DNA of 64,000 nt from Actinomycetes bacterium (GCA_046566145.1 JBKHXF010000032.1:78036-142035); one strand, 5' to 3'; counted from the stretch's first letter, positions 9,788-19,764 are shown. Numbers and translations: made by a program. Notes: generated by a model not told the origin, from the letters alone.

Positions 9788-9836
9788 CGCGGGCGAGCGC
9801 CCGGACCGGGCGCGACCAGACCACGGGAGCCGACAC

Positions 9837-10151
9837 ATGGCCAGCTTCACCGTCCTCTACACCAAGCCCGAGAACGACGCCGAGGCGTTCCTCGAGGAGT
9901 ACAAGACCGACCACCTCGCCATCGCCGAGCGCTTCCCGAAGATGACCGGCTACACCACCACGGTGTTCACCGGCACCCCCCGCGGCGGCGACGCGCCGTA
10001 CTACGTGATGTTCCACGGCACCTGGGACTCGGTGGCCGACCTGCAGGAGGCCCTGCGCGACCCGGTGCTGATGGAGGCGTCGAAGCACGCCATGGGGATG
10101 CTGCAGAAGTACGGCAACTCCGCCGAGATGATCCTCGGCGACGAGGCCTGA
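9837..10151 (+). CDS. EthD-family (TIGR02118-like) small protein
   Basis: 104 aa with the pattern FTVLYTKPEN..FLEEYKTDHLAIAERFP typical of EthD-like proteins. Confidence 0.65.
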   Translation: MASFTVLYTKPENDAEAFLEEYKTDHLAIAERFPKMTGYTTTVFTGTPRGGDAPYYVMFHGTWDSVADLQEALRDPVLMEASKHAMGMLQKYGNSAEMILGDEA

Positions 10152-10156
10152 GCCAC

Positions 10157-11320
10157 ATGCGGGTCGTCGCCGCCACCTCCACCTCGCCGGACGTCGTCGT
10201 GGCGCGCGAGGAGGTGGTGGCGCGGCTCGTGGCCGAGCTCGACGGGGACCCGGCCGACCTGGTGGTGCTGTTCGCGTCGCTCGGCCACCGCACCGCGCTG
10301 GCCGACCACGCCGAGGCGCTCGCCGACGCCCTCGGCGCACCGCCGGCGCTGGTCGGGGGGGTCGCGCAGGGCGTCGTGGGTGCCGACCGGGAGCTGGAGG
10401 ACGGCCCGGCGCTGACCGCCTGGGTCGCCGTGCTCGACGGCGGTGAGGCCGCGCCGTTCCGGACGTGGGCCGTGCGCTCCGAGTCGGGGACCACCAGCGT
10501 CCTCGGCTGGCCGGACACCCGGCCCGACGACGTCGTCGTCCTGCTCGTCGACCCGTTCACCTACCCCGTCGGTGACGTCCTGCGGCGCATGTCCGAGGAG
10601 CGTCCCGGCCACGCCGTGGTGGGCGGCATGGTGACGGGCGGGCCCGGGGGGACCGGGCTGGTCCTCGGCGACCAGGTCCACCCCGACGGGGCCGTCGGGG
10701 TCGTGCTGCGCGACGTCGACGCCCATGTGCTCGTCAGCCAGGGGTGCCGACCGGTGGGGGAGCCCCTCACCGTCACGGCCGCCGAGGGCAACGTCCTGCT
10801 GCAGCTCGCCGGACGCCCCGCCGTCGAGGTCCTCGCTGAGCTGCTGGAGCAGGCCGACGAGGTGGAGGCCGCCCGGATCCAGCGGGGCCTGCAGGTCGGC
10901 CTCGTCGCCGACCTCCACCGCGACGAGTACGAGGTCGGGGACTTCCTCGTCCGTGGGGTGCTCGGCATCGACCGGGAGCGGGGTGGGGTCGTCGTCGGCG
11001 ACGCCGTGGAGGTCGGCCAGGTGGCCTGCTTCCACGTCCGCGACGCCGACGCCGCCGGCGCGGACCTCCACGACCGGCTCGCGGCAACCGTCGGCGAGCC
11101 GACCGCCGGCGCGTTGCTGTTCACCTGCAACGGGCGCGGCAGCCATCTGTTCGGGCTGCCCGACCACGACCGGGGGGTGCTGCAGTCGTTCGTGGACGCG
11201 CCGGTGTCCGGGGCCTTCTGCGCCGGCGAGCTCGGCCCGGTCGGCGACGCGAACCACGTCCACGGCTTCACGGCGTCCGTGCTGCTGCTTCGAGGGGAGT
11301 CCGACCCTTCGGGGACGTAA
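10157..11320 (+). CDS. FIST N/C domain-containing sensory protein
   Basis: 387 aa. The C-terminal FTCNGRG..LF...D...F....SGAFCAGELGP pattern is characteristic of FIST_C. It starts 6 nt after the EthD gene. Confidence 0.7.
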   Translation: MRVVAATSTSPDVVVAREEVVARLVAELDGDPADLVVLFASLGHRTALADHAEALADALGAPPALVGGVAQGVVGADRELEDGPALTAWVAVLDGGEAAPFRTWAVRSESGTTSVLGWPDTRPDDVVVLLVDPFTYPVGDVLRRMSEERPGHAVVGGMVTGGPGGTGLVLGDQVHPDGAVGVVLRDVDAHVLVSQGCRPVGEPLTVTAAEGNVLLQLAGRPAVEVLAELLEQADEVEAARIQRGLQVGLVADLHRDEYEVGDFLVRGVLGIDRERGGVVVGDAVEVGQVACFHVRDADAAGADLHDRLAATVGEPTAGALLFTCNGRGSHLFGLPDHDRGVLQSFVDAPVSGAFCAGELGPVGDANHVHGFTASVLLLRGESDPSGT

Positions 11321-11354
11321 CCGAACCGAAACAACCGAGACACGGCCGAGCAAC
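11317..11354 (+). promoter_or_regulatory. GlnR box upstream of glnB-glnD
   Basis: GTAAC-n6-GAAAC-n6-GACAC-n6-GCAAC matches the actinomycete a-site/b-site pattern gTnAc-n6-GaAAc-n6-GtnAC-n6-GAAAc. It is an AT-rich patch 100 nt upstream of the P-II start. Confidence 0.65.
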
Positions 11355-11453
11355 GGCCACGGTGCAGGATGCGCGGGCCGGCTGACGGGTGGGCCCCACG
11401 CCCTCCACGCGGCCCGGCGCAGCCCGGTCACCGCCTGCGAGGAGTCCAACAAC

Positions 11454-11792
11454 GTGAAGCTCGTCACCGCGATCGTGAAGCCCCACAAGGTCGAGGAGGT
11501 CAAGGAGGCTCTCCAGGCCACCGGCATCCAGGGCCTGACCCTCTCGGAGGTCCGCGGCTTCGGTCGCCAGGGCGGCCACAAGGAGGTCTACCGAGGCGCC
11601 GAGTACCAGGTCGAGTTCGTGCCGAAGGCGCGTCTCGAGGTGCTGTGCGGCGAGGGGCAGGTCGACGACGTCATCAAGGCCATCGTCGAGGCCGCCCGCA
11701 CCGGCCAGGTCGGGGACGGCAAGGTCTTCGTCACCGCCGTGGACCGGGTCGTCCGCATCCGCACGGGTGAGGAGGACGCGGACGCGCTCTGA
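11454..11792 (+). CDS. glnB: Nitrogen regulatory protein P-II
   Basis: 112 aa. KLVTAIVKPHKVEEVKEAL, T-loop GFGRQGGHKEVYRGAEY with the modifiable Tyr, and DGKVFV. GTG start preceded by a GAGGAG Shine-Dalgarno sequence. Confidence 0.93.
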   Translation: MKLVTAIVKPHKVEEVKEALQATGIQGLTLSEVRGFGRQGGHKEVYRGAEYQVEFVPKARLEVLCGEGQVDDVIKAIVEAARTGQVGDGKVFVTAVDRVVRIRTGEEDADAL

Positions 11793-11806
11793 CGCGACGC
11801 GTCCAC

Positions 11807-14362
11807 ATGGCTGACGTCCCTGCCCGGCTGAAGGCGGCCCGCCAGGCGCTCCGCGCCGACGGGCCTCCTCCGGGTCGGGCGTGGTGCGAAGCCTGGACCG
11901 CCGAGGTCGACGCCGGTGTCGCCGAGCTCGTCGAGGGCGCGGCACACGGTGGTGCGTGCACGTTCGTGGCGGTCGGGGGGTACGGCCGCCGCGAGCTGTG
12001 CCCGGCCTCGGACGTGGACCTGCTCGTCCTCCACGACCGCCTCGAGGAACCCCAGCTCGAGTCGATCGTCCGCGACGTCGTCTACCCGCTCTGGGACGCC
12101 GGGTTGAAGGTCGGCTACGCCGTCCGGACCCGGAAGCAGGCCCTCGAGGCGATCGACGACCTCGACACGGCCACGGCCACGATCGACGGCCGCGTCGTGG
12201 CCGGGCTCTCGTCGCGCTACGCCGCCGTCCGCGACGACGTGCTGTCGCGCCTCACCCGCAAGCCCCGCAAGCTCCTCGACGCGCTGACCGTCGCGGACGA
12301 CGACCGCCGCCGGCGCGCCGGCGACGCCGCCGAGGCGCTGGAGCCGGACCTGAAGTCGGGCGCCGGTGGTCTGCGCGACGTCCAGTCGCTGCGCTGGGCC
12401 GCCGGCGCGCTCGTCGGGGCGGTCGGGCTCGACCCGCTCGTCCCGGCCCGCTACCTCGGTGCCGTGGACCGCGGCCGGCTCGCCCGGGCCTACGACCAGC
12501 TGCTGGCCACCCGCGTCGCCCTCCACCTCGAGCACGACGGCGCGAGCGACGTGCTGCGCCTCGACCTGCAGCAGGGCGTCGCGGAGCGTCTCGGGTACCT
12601 GGACGGCGACGACGACCGCGACACCGCGGCGCACCGGCTCATGACCGACCACTTCCTCGCGGCACGGACGGTCGAGCACGTGCACCGCCGCGCCTGGGTC
12701 CTCATCGCCGTGGACGCCCAGCAGGGCCGACGACTGCGTCGCCCCAGCCAGCGCACCGTCCACGGGTTCGAGGTCGCCGACGGCGTGGTGCGCCTGCCCC
12801 CGGGCGTGGAGCTCGACGAGCCCACCCTGCCGCTGCGGCTCATCTCGGCGCTCGTCGAGACCGGGGGCGTCCTCGACCGGGCCACGGCGACCCGGGTCCG
12901 CCGCGCCACCCAGGAGCGCACCGAGCCGTACCCGTGGACGCCGGCGCTCCGCGAGCGGTTCCTGCGGCTGCTGTGGTCGGGGGACGCGGCCCTGCCGGTG
13001 CTGGCCGAGCTCGACGACGTGGGGATGCTCACGGCCCTGCTGCCCGAGTGGGCGGCCCTGCGCGGGCGGGCCCAGCGCAACCCGTTCCATCGCTTCAGCC
13101 TCGACCGGCACCTCGTGCACGCCGCCGCGTCGCTCGCGGAGCTGTGCCGGTCCCGCCCGTGGGCGACGGCGGCCATGGCCGACGTGGCGGACCGGGACGG
13201 GCTGATGCTCGGCGTCCTGCTCCACGACGTGGGCAAGGCCTGGGGCGAGCCCCACAGCGAGACGGGGATCGGTCCCGCCCGTGCCATGGCGGCCCGGACC
13301 GGGGTGCCCGAGGCCACGGTCGACCTCGTGGGCCGGCTGGTCGAGCACCACCTGCTCCTGCCCGACGTCGCGACCCGCCGCGACGTCGCCGACCCCGCGG
13401 AGGCCCGTCGCGTCGCCGAGCTCGTCGGCGACCGGGCGACGCTCGCCTGCCTGCACCTGCTGTCCGCCGCGGACGGCACCGCGACCGGCCCCACGGCATG
13501 GTCCTCCTGGAAGGCTTCACTGGTGGCATCCCTGGTCGAGAGGGTCCGAGCCGTGTTCGACGAGCGCGATCCCGAGACGACGTCCGACGGCGCCGTCTCC
13601 ACCGCCGAGGACGCCGTGTCGCTGGCGCCGATGCTCGGCGTCGACGAGGCGACCGTCCGCTCCCACCTCGGGCAGCTCCCCGAGCGCTACGCGGCAGCGG
13701 TCTCGCCGCGGGCGGTGGTCCGGCACGCCGGCATGGCCGCGACCCGGCCCGAGCCGGGAGAGGTGCGCACGCGGGTCACCCCCGGTGAGCCCGCGGCCGA
13801 CGGCACCGCCTACGACGAGCTGGACGTCGTCGCCATGGACACGCCGGGGCTGTTCGCCAAGGTCGCCGGCGTGGTCGCCCTGCACGGCGGCTCGATCCTG
13901 CAGGCCCACGCCCACACGCGTGACGACGGCACGGCCGTCGACACGTTCACGGTCGTGGCCCCCGAGCACGCCACCGCCTCGTGGTGGGCGCAGGTCGAGG
14001 GGGACCTGGTCGAGGCCGTCGCCGGGCGGCTGGCGGTGCGGGCCCGCGTCGCCCGCAAGCGCGCCGGGGAGGAGCGGCGCCTCGCCCGGGCGCCGGAGAT
14101 CGACACGACCGTCACCACGGAACCCGACCCCGACGGGCGGGCGACCATCGTCGAGGTCCGCACGCTCGACCGCATCGGGGTGCTGTACCGCATCGCGTCC
14201 GCCCTGGCGGAGCTCGAGCTCGACCTCGTGCTCGCGAAGGTCCAGACCCAGGGCCACGAGGTCATCGACGTCTTCTACGTGCGCGACGCCACGGGACGCC
14301 CCCTCGACGACGACCACGGCCACGAGCTCGACCTCGCGATCCGGGCTGCCCTGGCGGAGTAG
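11807..14362 (+). CDS. glnD: [Protein-PII] uridylyl/adenylyl-transferase GlnD
   Basis: 851 aa. Nucleotidyltransferase N-terminus, HD domain (LLHDVGK), two C-terminal ACT domains. It lies directly downstream of P-II. Confidence 0.9.
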   Translation: MADVPARLKAARQALRADGPPPGRAWCEAWTAEVDAGVAELVEGAAHGGACTFVAVGGYGRRELCPASDVDLLVLHDRLEEPQLESIVRDVVYPLWDAGLKVGYAVRTRKQALEAIDDLDTATATIDGRVVAGLSSRYAAVRDDVLSRLTRKPRKLLDALTVADDDRRRRAGDAAEALEPDLKSGAGGLRDVQSLRWAAGALVGAVGLDPLVPARYLGAVDRGRLARAYDQLLATRVALHLEHDGASDVLRLDLQQGVAERLGYLDGDDDRDTAAHRLMTDHFLAARTVEHVHRRAWVLIAVDAQQGRRLRRPSQRTVHGFEVADGVVRLPPGVELDEPTLPLRLISALVETGGVLDRATATRVRRATQERTEPYPWTPALRERFLRLLWSGDAALPVLAELDDVGMLTALLPEWAALRGRAQRNPFHRFSLDRHLVHAAASLAELCRSRPWATAAMADVADRDGLMLGVLLHDVGKAWGEPHSETGIGPARAMAARTGVPEATVDLVGRLVEHHLLLPDVATRRDVADPAEARRVAELVGDRATLACLHLLSAADGTATGPTAWSSWKASLVASLVERVRAVFDERDPETTSDGAVSTAEDAVSLAPMLGVDEATVRSHLGQLPERYAAAVSPRAVVRHAGMAATRPEPGEVRTRVTPGEPAADGTAYDELDVVAMDTPGLFAKVAGVVALHGGSILQAHAHTRDDGTAVDTFTVVAPEHATASWWAQVEGDLVEAVAGRLAVRARVARKRAGEERRLARAPEIDTTVTTEPDPDGRATIVEVRTLDRIGVLYRIASALAELELDLVLAKVQTQGHEVIDVFYVRDATGRPLDDDHGHELDLAIRAALAE

Positions 14363-14478
14363 GCCGCCGGCGCGGGACCTCGTACCCTGCCCGCGCGCCG
14401 GCGCGCGGGCACGCGACGCCGAGGCGCCGGGCCGTCGCTGGCGGTCCACCTCCTCCCGCGACCCTGACAGGTGCCCCC

Positions 14479-15819
<1,341 letters not shown>

Positions 15820-15841
15820 CCCCCGCAACGCTGCCACGCGT

Positions 15842-15895
15842 GACGGACGCTGCCACGCGAAAGCGTCACCGGTGTCCGTCTGACGTGGCAGCGTC
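15842..15895. repeat. Palindromic element, left copy (flanks the DUF559 gene; follows the ino1 stop)
   Basis: GACGGACGCTGCCACG ... CGTGGCAGCGTC. Homologous to 16901..16958. A partial copy ACGCTGCCACGCG lies at 15828..15840. Confidence 0.7.
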
Positions 15896-15983
15896 TCGGG
15901 CGTGCGCACGTCGGGGTCCTGCAGTCCACAGGGCGTGCGCATGTCGGGGCGGTGCGGCCGCCGGCGCGGGCGATGCTGGCCGC

Positions 15984-16919
15984 ATGGGGAGCGTCGACGA
16001 GCGGGCCGTGACGATCGGCCGTGACCAGCACGGGCTGGCCACCCGCGGGCAGCTCGCCACGGCGGGGATCGCCGGCCGGACCGTGACGAGACGGGTCCGG
16101 TCCGGCGTGTGGCGCGAACCGGCCCCGGGCGTGATCGACCTCGGCACCCATCCCGCGTCGTGGCAACAGGCGGCCCGCAGGCTGCTGCTCGCGGCGGGAG
16201 ACGGCGCCGTCCTGAGCCACCGGACGGCGGCCCACCTGCACGGGATGATCGACTGCCGGCGCCCCGCGCGCATCGACGTGCTCGTTGCCCGCGGCCGCCA
16301 CGACGAGGTCGCCGGCGCCCGGCTGCACACCACCGTGCGGCTCCATACGGACGAACGATCCCTCGTGGACGGTCTGCCCGTGACCAACGAGACGCGCACG
16401 CTCGTCGACCTCGCGGGGCTGCTCGACGACCAGCACCTCGAGCTCGTGGCACGTGACCTGGCCCGCCGGCGGCCGGCACTGTCCGCCGAGGTCCTGGTGC
16501 TCGCCGACCGCCGGCGCGGTGCTCCGGGGCTGGCCCGCCTGCGTCGGGTCCTCGACGCCCTGCCGGTCGGGATCGCACGGGCCGAGAGTCCGCTGGAGGC
16601 CGAGGCGCTGGCGCTGCTGGCACGGGTTGGCGTGCCGGCGCCGGCGGTGCAGCACGAGATCGGCGACGAGCAGGGGCGGTTCGTGCACCGGGCCGACCTC
16701 GCGTGGCCCGCGCGTCGCGTGCTGCTCGCGGTCGACGGACGTGCGTGGCACGACACGCCCGCACGGCGCGAGCGCGACGCGGCGCAGCGAGCACGGCTGG
16801 CCGAGCTCGGCTGGACGGTCGTCGTGGCACACGCCGAGGACCTTCGGGGTCACCGGGCCGACGCGTTGGTCGCCAGACTGCGGTCACTCGGCATCGACGC
16901 GACGGACGCTGCCACGTGA
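15984..16919 (+). CDS. AbiEi_4-like N-terminal domain plus DUF559 (Vsr-like endonuclease fold) protein
   Basis: 311 aa. The N-terminus G.ATR.QL...GI....V.RRV.SG.W resembles AbiEi antitoxin-type wHTH domains. The C-terminus has the DLAWP....LAVDGR.WH pattern typical of DUF559. Confidence 0.75.
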   Translation: MGSVDERAVTIGRDQHGLATRGQLATAGIAGRTVTRRVRSGVWREPAPGVIDLGTHPASWQQAARRLLLAAGDGAVLSHRTAAHLHGMIDCRRPARIDVLVARGRHDEVAGARLHTTVRLHTDERSLVDGLPVTNETRTLVDLAGLLDDQHLELVARDLARRRPALSAEVLVLADRRRGAPGLARLRRVLDALPVGIARAESPLEAEALALLARVGVPAPAVQHEIGDEQGRFVHRADLAWPARRVLLAVDGRAWHDTPARRERDAAQRARLAELGWTVVVAHAEDLRGHRADALVARLRSLGIDATDAAT

Positions 16920-16958
16920 GTGCGACACGGGTGTCATCCTGGCGTGGCAGCGTCCGTC
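16901..16958. repeat. Palindromic element, right copy (overlaps the DUF559 stop codon)
   Basis: GACGGACGCTGCCACG, then 26 nt, then CGTGGCAGCGTCCGTC: a perfect 16-bp inverted repeat. An extra GGCGTGGCAG copy at 16960..16969 abuts the fumC stop. Confidence 0.7.
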
Positions 16959-16971
16959 TGGCGTGGCAGGG

Positions 16972-18360
16972 TCAGAGGATGCCGCCCTCGGCCATCGCGC
17001 GGTAGTCGAGCACCCGGTCGAGCAGTGCCTCGTCGACCCCGTCCTCGACGGCGACCTCGCGCAGCGTCCTGCCCTCCTTGTGGGCCTTCTTGGCCAGGGC
17101 GGCCGAGCGCTCGTAGCCGATCTCCGGCACCAGGGCGGTGACCTGCATGAGCGAGCGCTCCACGAGCTTCGGGCCCATCCCGGTGTCCTCGATGCCGTCG
17201 AGGCACTTGTCGACGAACACCTCGCTGACGCGGCCGATGAGCTGCAGCGACTCGATCACGTTGCGGGCCATCAGCGGGATCATGACGTTGAGCTCGAGCT
17301 CACCCGAGAGGCCACCGATGGTGACGGCGGCGTCGTTGCCGATGACCTGCGCGGCGACCTGCCGGACCGACTCGGGGATCACCGGGTTGACCTTGCCCGG
17401 CATGATCGACGAGCCCGGCTGGATCTCGGGCAGCTGGATCTCGTACAGCCCGGTGCGGGGGCCGGAGGAGAGCCAGCGGATGTCGTTGGCGATCTTGATG
17501 AGGCTGACCGCGACGACCTTCAGCGCGCCGGAGAGCTCGACGAGCGCATCGCGCGAGCCCTGGGCCTCGAAGTGGTCCTCGGCCTCGCGGAAGGGGATGC
17601 CGGTGCGCTCGGCGATGAGCTCGATGACCGCGTCGACGAACCCGGGCGGGCAGTTGAGCCCGGTGCCGACGGCGGTGCCACCCAGCGCGAGCTCGTGGAT
17701 CGAGTCGAGGGCCTTCTCGATGCGGGTGATGCCCAACTCGACCTGACGGGCGTAGGAGCCGAACTCCTGGCCGAGCGTGACCGGGGTCGCGTCCATCAGG
17801 TGGGTGCGGCCCGACTTCACCACGTCGGCGAACTCGGACTCCTTCGCGCGCAGCGACGCGGCGAGCCGACGCAGGCCCGGGATCGTGACGTCGACGGCGG
17901 TGCGGGCGCAGGCGATGTGCACGGCGGAGGGGAACGAGTCGTTGGACGACTGCGACGCGTTGACGTGGTCGTTGGGGTGCACGCGGTCGGACGAGAGGTC
18001 CTCGCCGAGGAGCTGCTTCGCCCGGTTCGCGATCACCTCGTTCGCGTTCATGTTGGTCGAGGTGCCGGAGCCGGTCTGGAAGGTGTCGACCGGGAAGTGG
18101 CGGTCGAGCTCCCCGGCGATGACCTCGTCGGCGGCGCGACGGATGACCTCGGCGAGCTCGGCGTCGATGACGCCGGTGCGCTCGTTCGCGGTCGCGGCGG
18201 CCCACTTGATCAGGGCCTGGGCCTGGAACACGGGCGCCGGCACGGGCTGCCCGGAGACGGGGAAGTTCTCGACCGCGCGCTGGGTGCTGGCGCCCCAGAG
18301 CGCGTCGGCGGGGATCTCCATCTCGCCCATCGTGTCGTGGGCGATGCGGACGTCGGCCAT
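16972..18360 (-). CDS. fumC: Class II fumarate hydratase
   Basis: GSSIMPGKVNP signature and TGSGTSTNMN motif; ATG at 18360. Confidence 0.95.
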   Translation of the reverse strand: MADVRIAHDTMGEMEIPADALWGASTQRAVENFPVSGQPVPAPVFQAQALIKWAAATANERTGVIDAELAEVIRRAADEVIAGELDRHFPVDTFQTGSGTSTNMNANEVIANRAKQLLGEDLSSDRVHPNDHVNASQSSNDSFPSAVHIACARTAVDVTIPGLRRLAASLRAKESEFADVVKSGRTHLMDATPVTLGQEFGSYARQVELGITRIEKALDSIHELALGGTAVGTGLNCPPGFVDAVIELIAERTGIPFREAEDHFEAQGSRDALVELSGALKVVAVSLIKIANDIRWLSSGPRTGLYEIQLPEIQPGSSIMPGKVNPVIPESVRQVAAQVIGNDAAVTIGGLSGELELNVMIPLMARNVIESLQLIGRVSEVFVDKCLDGIEDTGMGPKLVERSLMQVTALVPEIGYERSAALAKKAHKEGRTLREVAVEDGVDEALLDRVLDYRAMAEGGIL

Positions 18361-18468
18361 CGTCGGACCTCGTGGAAGTCGGGTGCGGGGGAGGGTCGGG
18401 GTGTTCCTACCAGAGTCGTCTCGGGGACCGCACACCGGCGTCCGTCGGGTGCTCCGAGGCGCGGCGGT

Positions 18469-18474
18469 TAGGCT
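18469..18474 (+). promoter_or_regulatory. -10-like hexamer TAGGCT upstream of ilvA
   Basis: TAGGCTCGCGAGC, 30 nt upstream of the GTG at 18505. Confidence 0.35.
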
Positions 18475-18504
18475 CGCGAGCCGACCGAGGTGCGGAGCCG
18501 ACCC

Positions 18505-19716
18505 GTGACGCTGGTGTCCATCGACGACGTGCGCGCTGCCGCCGTGCGCCTGCGCGACGTCCTGCAGCCGACCCCCGTCGAGCCGTCGCGCGCCGTCTCC
18601 GAGGTCGTCGGCCACGAGGTGGTGCTCAAGCTCGAGAACCTCCAGCGGACGGGGTCGTTCAAGCTCCGCGGTGCCTACAACCGCATCGCGCTGCTCGACG
18701 ACGACGAGCGCCGGCGCGGGGTGGTGTGCGCGTCCGCCGGCAACCACGCCCAGGGGGTCGCGCTCGGCGCCCGGCTGCAGGGCGTCGACGCGACGGTGTA
18801 CATGCCGGCGAACGCGCCGCTGCCGAAGGTCAGCGCGACGCTCGGGTACGGCGCGCACGTCGAGCTCGTCGACGGGGTCGTGGACGACTGCCTCGCCCGG
18901 GCGCAGGAGCACGCCGACCGGGAGGGTGCCGTCCTGGTCCACCCGTTCGACCACCCCGACGTCATCGCCGGGCAGGGGACCCTCGGGCTCGAGCTGCTCG
19001 AGCAGGTCCCGGCCGCGGCCACCGTCGTCGTCTGCGTCGGCGGGGGCGGCCTCGTGTCCGGGGTGGCGGTGGCCGTGGCGGCGCTCCGCCCCGACGTCCG
19101 TGTCGTGGGCGTCCAGGCCACGGGGGCGGCCTCCTTCCCCGCATCGCTGGCCCAGGGCGCGCCGACAACCCTGCCGACGGTGGAGACCATCGCCGACGGG
19201 ATCGCCGTCAAGCGACCCGGCGAGCTGACGCTGGCGCACGTCCGGGCGCTCGTGGACGAGGTCGTGACCGTCGACGACGAGACCATCGCGCGCGCCGTCA
19301 CGCTCCTGCTCGAGCGTGCGAAGCAGGTCGTCGAGCCGGCCGGTGCCGTCGGGGTCGCCGCCCTGCTCGCCGGGCTCGTCGATCCCGGGGACGGGCCGAC
19401 CGTGGCGATCCTCTCCGGCGGCAACATCGACCCGCTGGTGCTGCAGCACATCATCACCGGCGGGCTCACGGCCGAGGGTCGCTACGTGACGCTGCGGACA
19501 CGGGTCCCGGACCGCCCGGGCGAGCTCGCACGCCTCCTGGCCCTGATCGCCGCGGAGCGGGCCAACGTCGTCACCGTCGAGCACCACCGCTTCCAGCGCC
19601 GGCAGCGCTTCGGGCAGGTCGAGGTGGTCCTCGAGCTCGAGGCTCGGGGCGCGGAGCACGTCGCGCACCTCCGCGACGCCATGCAGCGGGCCGGCTACCC
19701 CGCGACGGTGGTGTGA
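18505..19716 (+). CDS. ilvA: Threonine ammonia-lyase (short form with one ACT-like domain)
   Basis: PLP lysine motif SFKLRGA and a GGGGL glycine loop. The GTG at 18505 has a GGAG 7 nt upstream; an alternative GTG lies at 18490. Confidence 0.88.
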   Translation: MTLVSIDDVRAAAVRLRDVLQPTPVEPSRAVSEVVGHEVVLKLENLQRTGSFKLRGAYNRIALLDDDERRRGVVCASAGNHAQGVALGARLQGVDATVYMPANAPLPKVSATLGYGAHVELVDGVVDDCLARAQEHADREGAVLVHPFDHPDVIAGQGTLGLELLEQVPAAATVVVCVGGGGLVSGVAVAVAALRPDVRVVGVQATGAASFPASLAQGAPTTLPTVETIADGIAVKRPGELTLAHVRALVDEVVTVDDETIARAVTLLLERAKQVVEPAGAVGVAALLAGLVDPGDGPTVAILSGGNIDPLVLQHIITGGLTAEGRYVTLRTRVPDRPGELARLLALIAAERANVVTVEHHRFQRRQRFGQVEVVLELEARGAEHVAHLRDAMQRAGYPATVV

Positions 19717-19764
19717 CGCGGCGTCGCCGGACCGCGCGATCCCGAGCGCTCACCTCCTCGTCGC

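Noticed and set aside
14367-14401. Hairpin after glnD, and a TACCCT hexamer (14383..14388) as an ino1 promoter
   Set aside because: The stem is imperfect (bulged CCCGCG-CG-CCGG), and the candidate -10 sits in its loop. The two interpretations conflict and neither is well supported.
19711-19724. 14-nt identity (GTGTGACGCGGCGT) between the ilvA stop region and the first unit of the 30551 array
   Set aside because: It is a single copy that overlaps the ilvA coding end and stop codon, and no second heptamer is in phase. It may be coincidence in GC-rich sequence, and there is too little evidence to call it a site.
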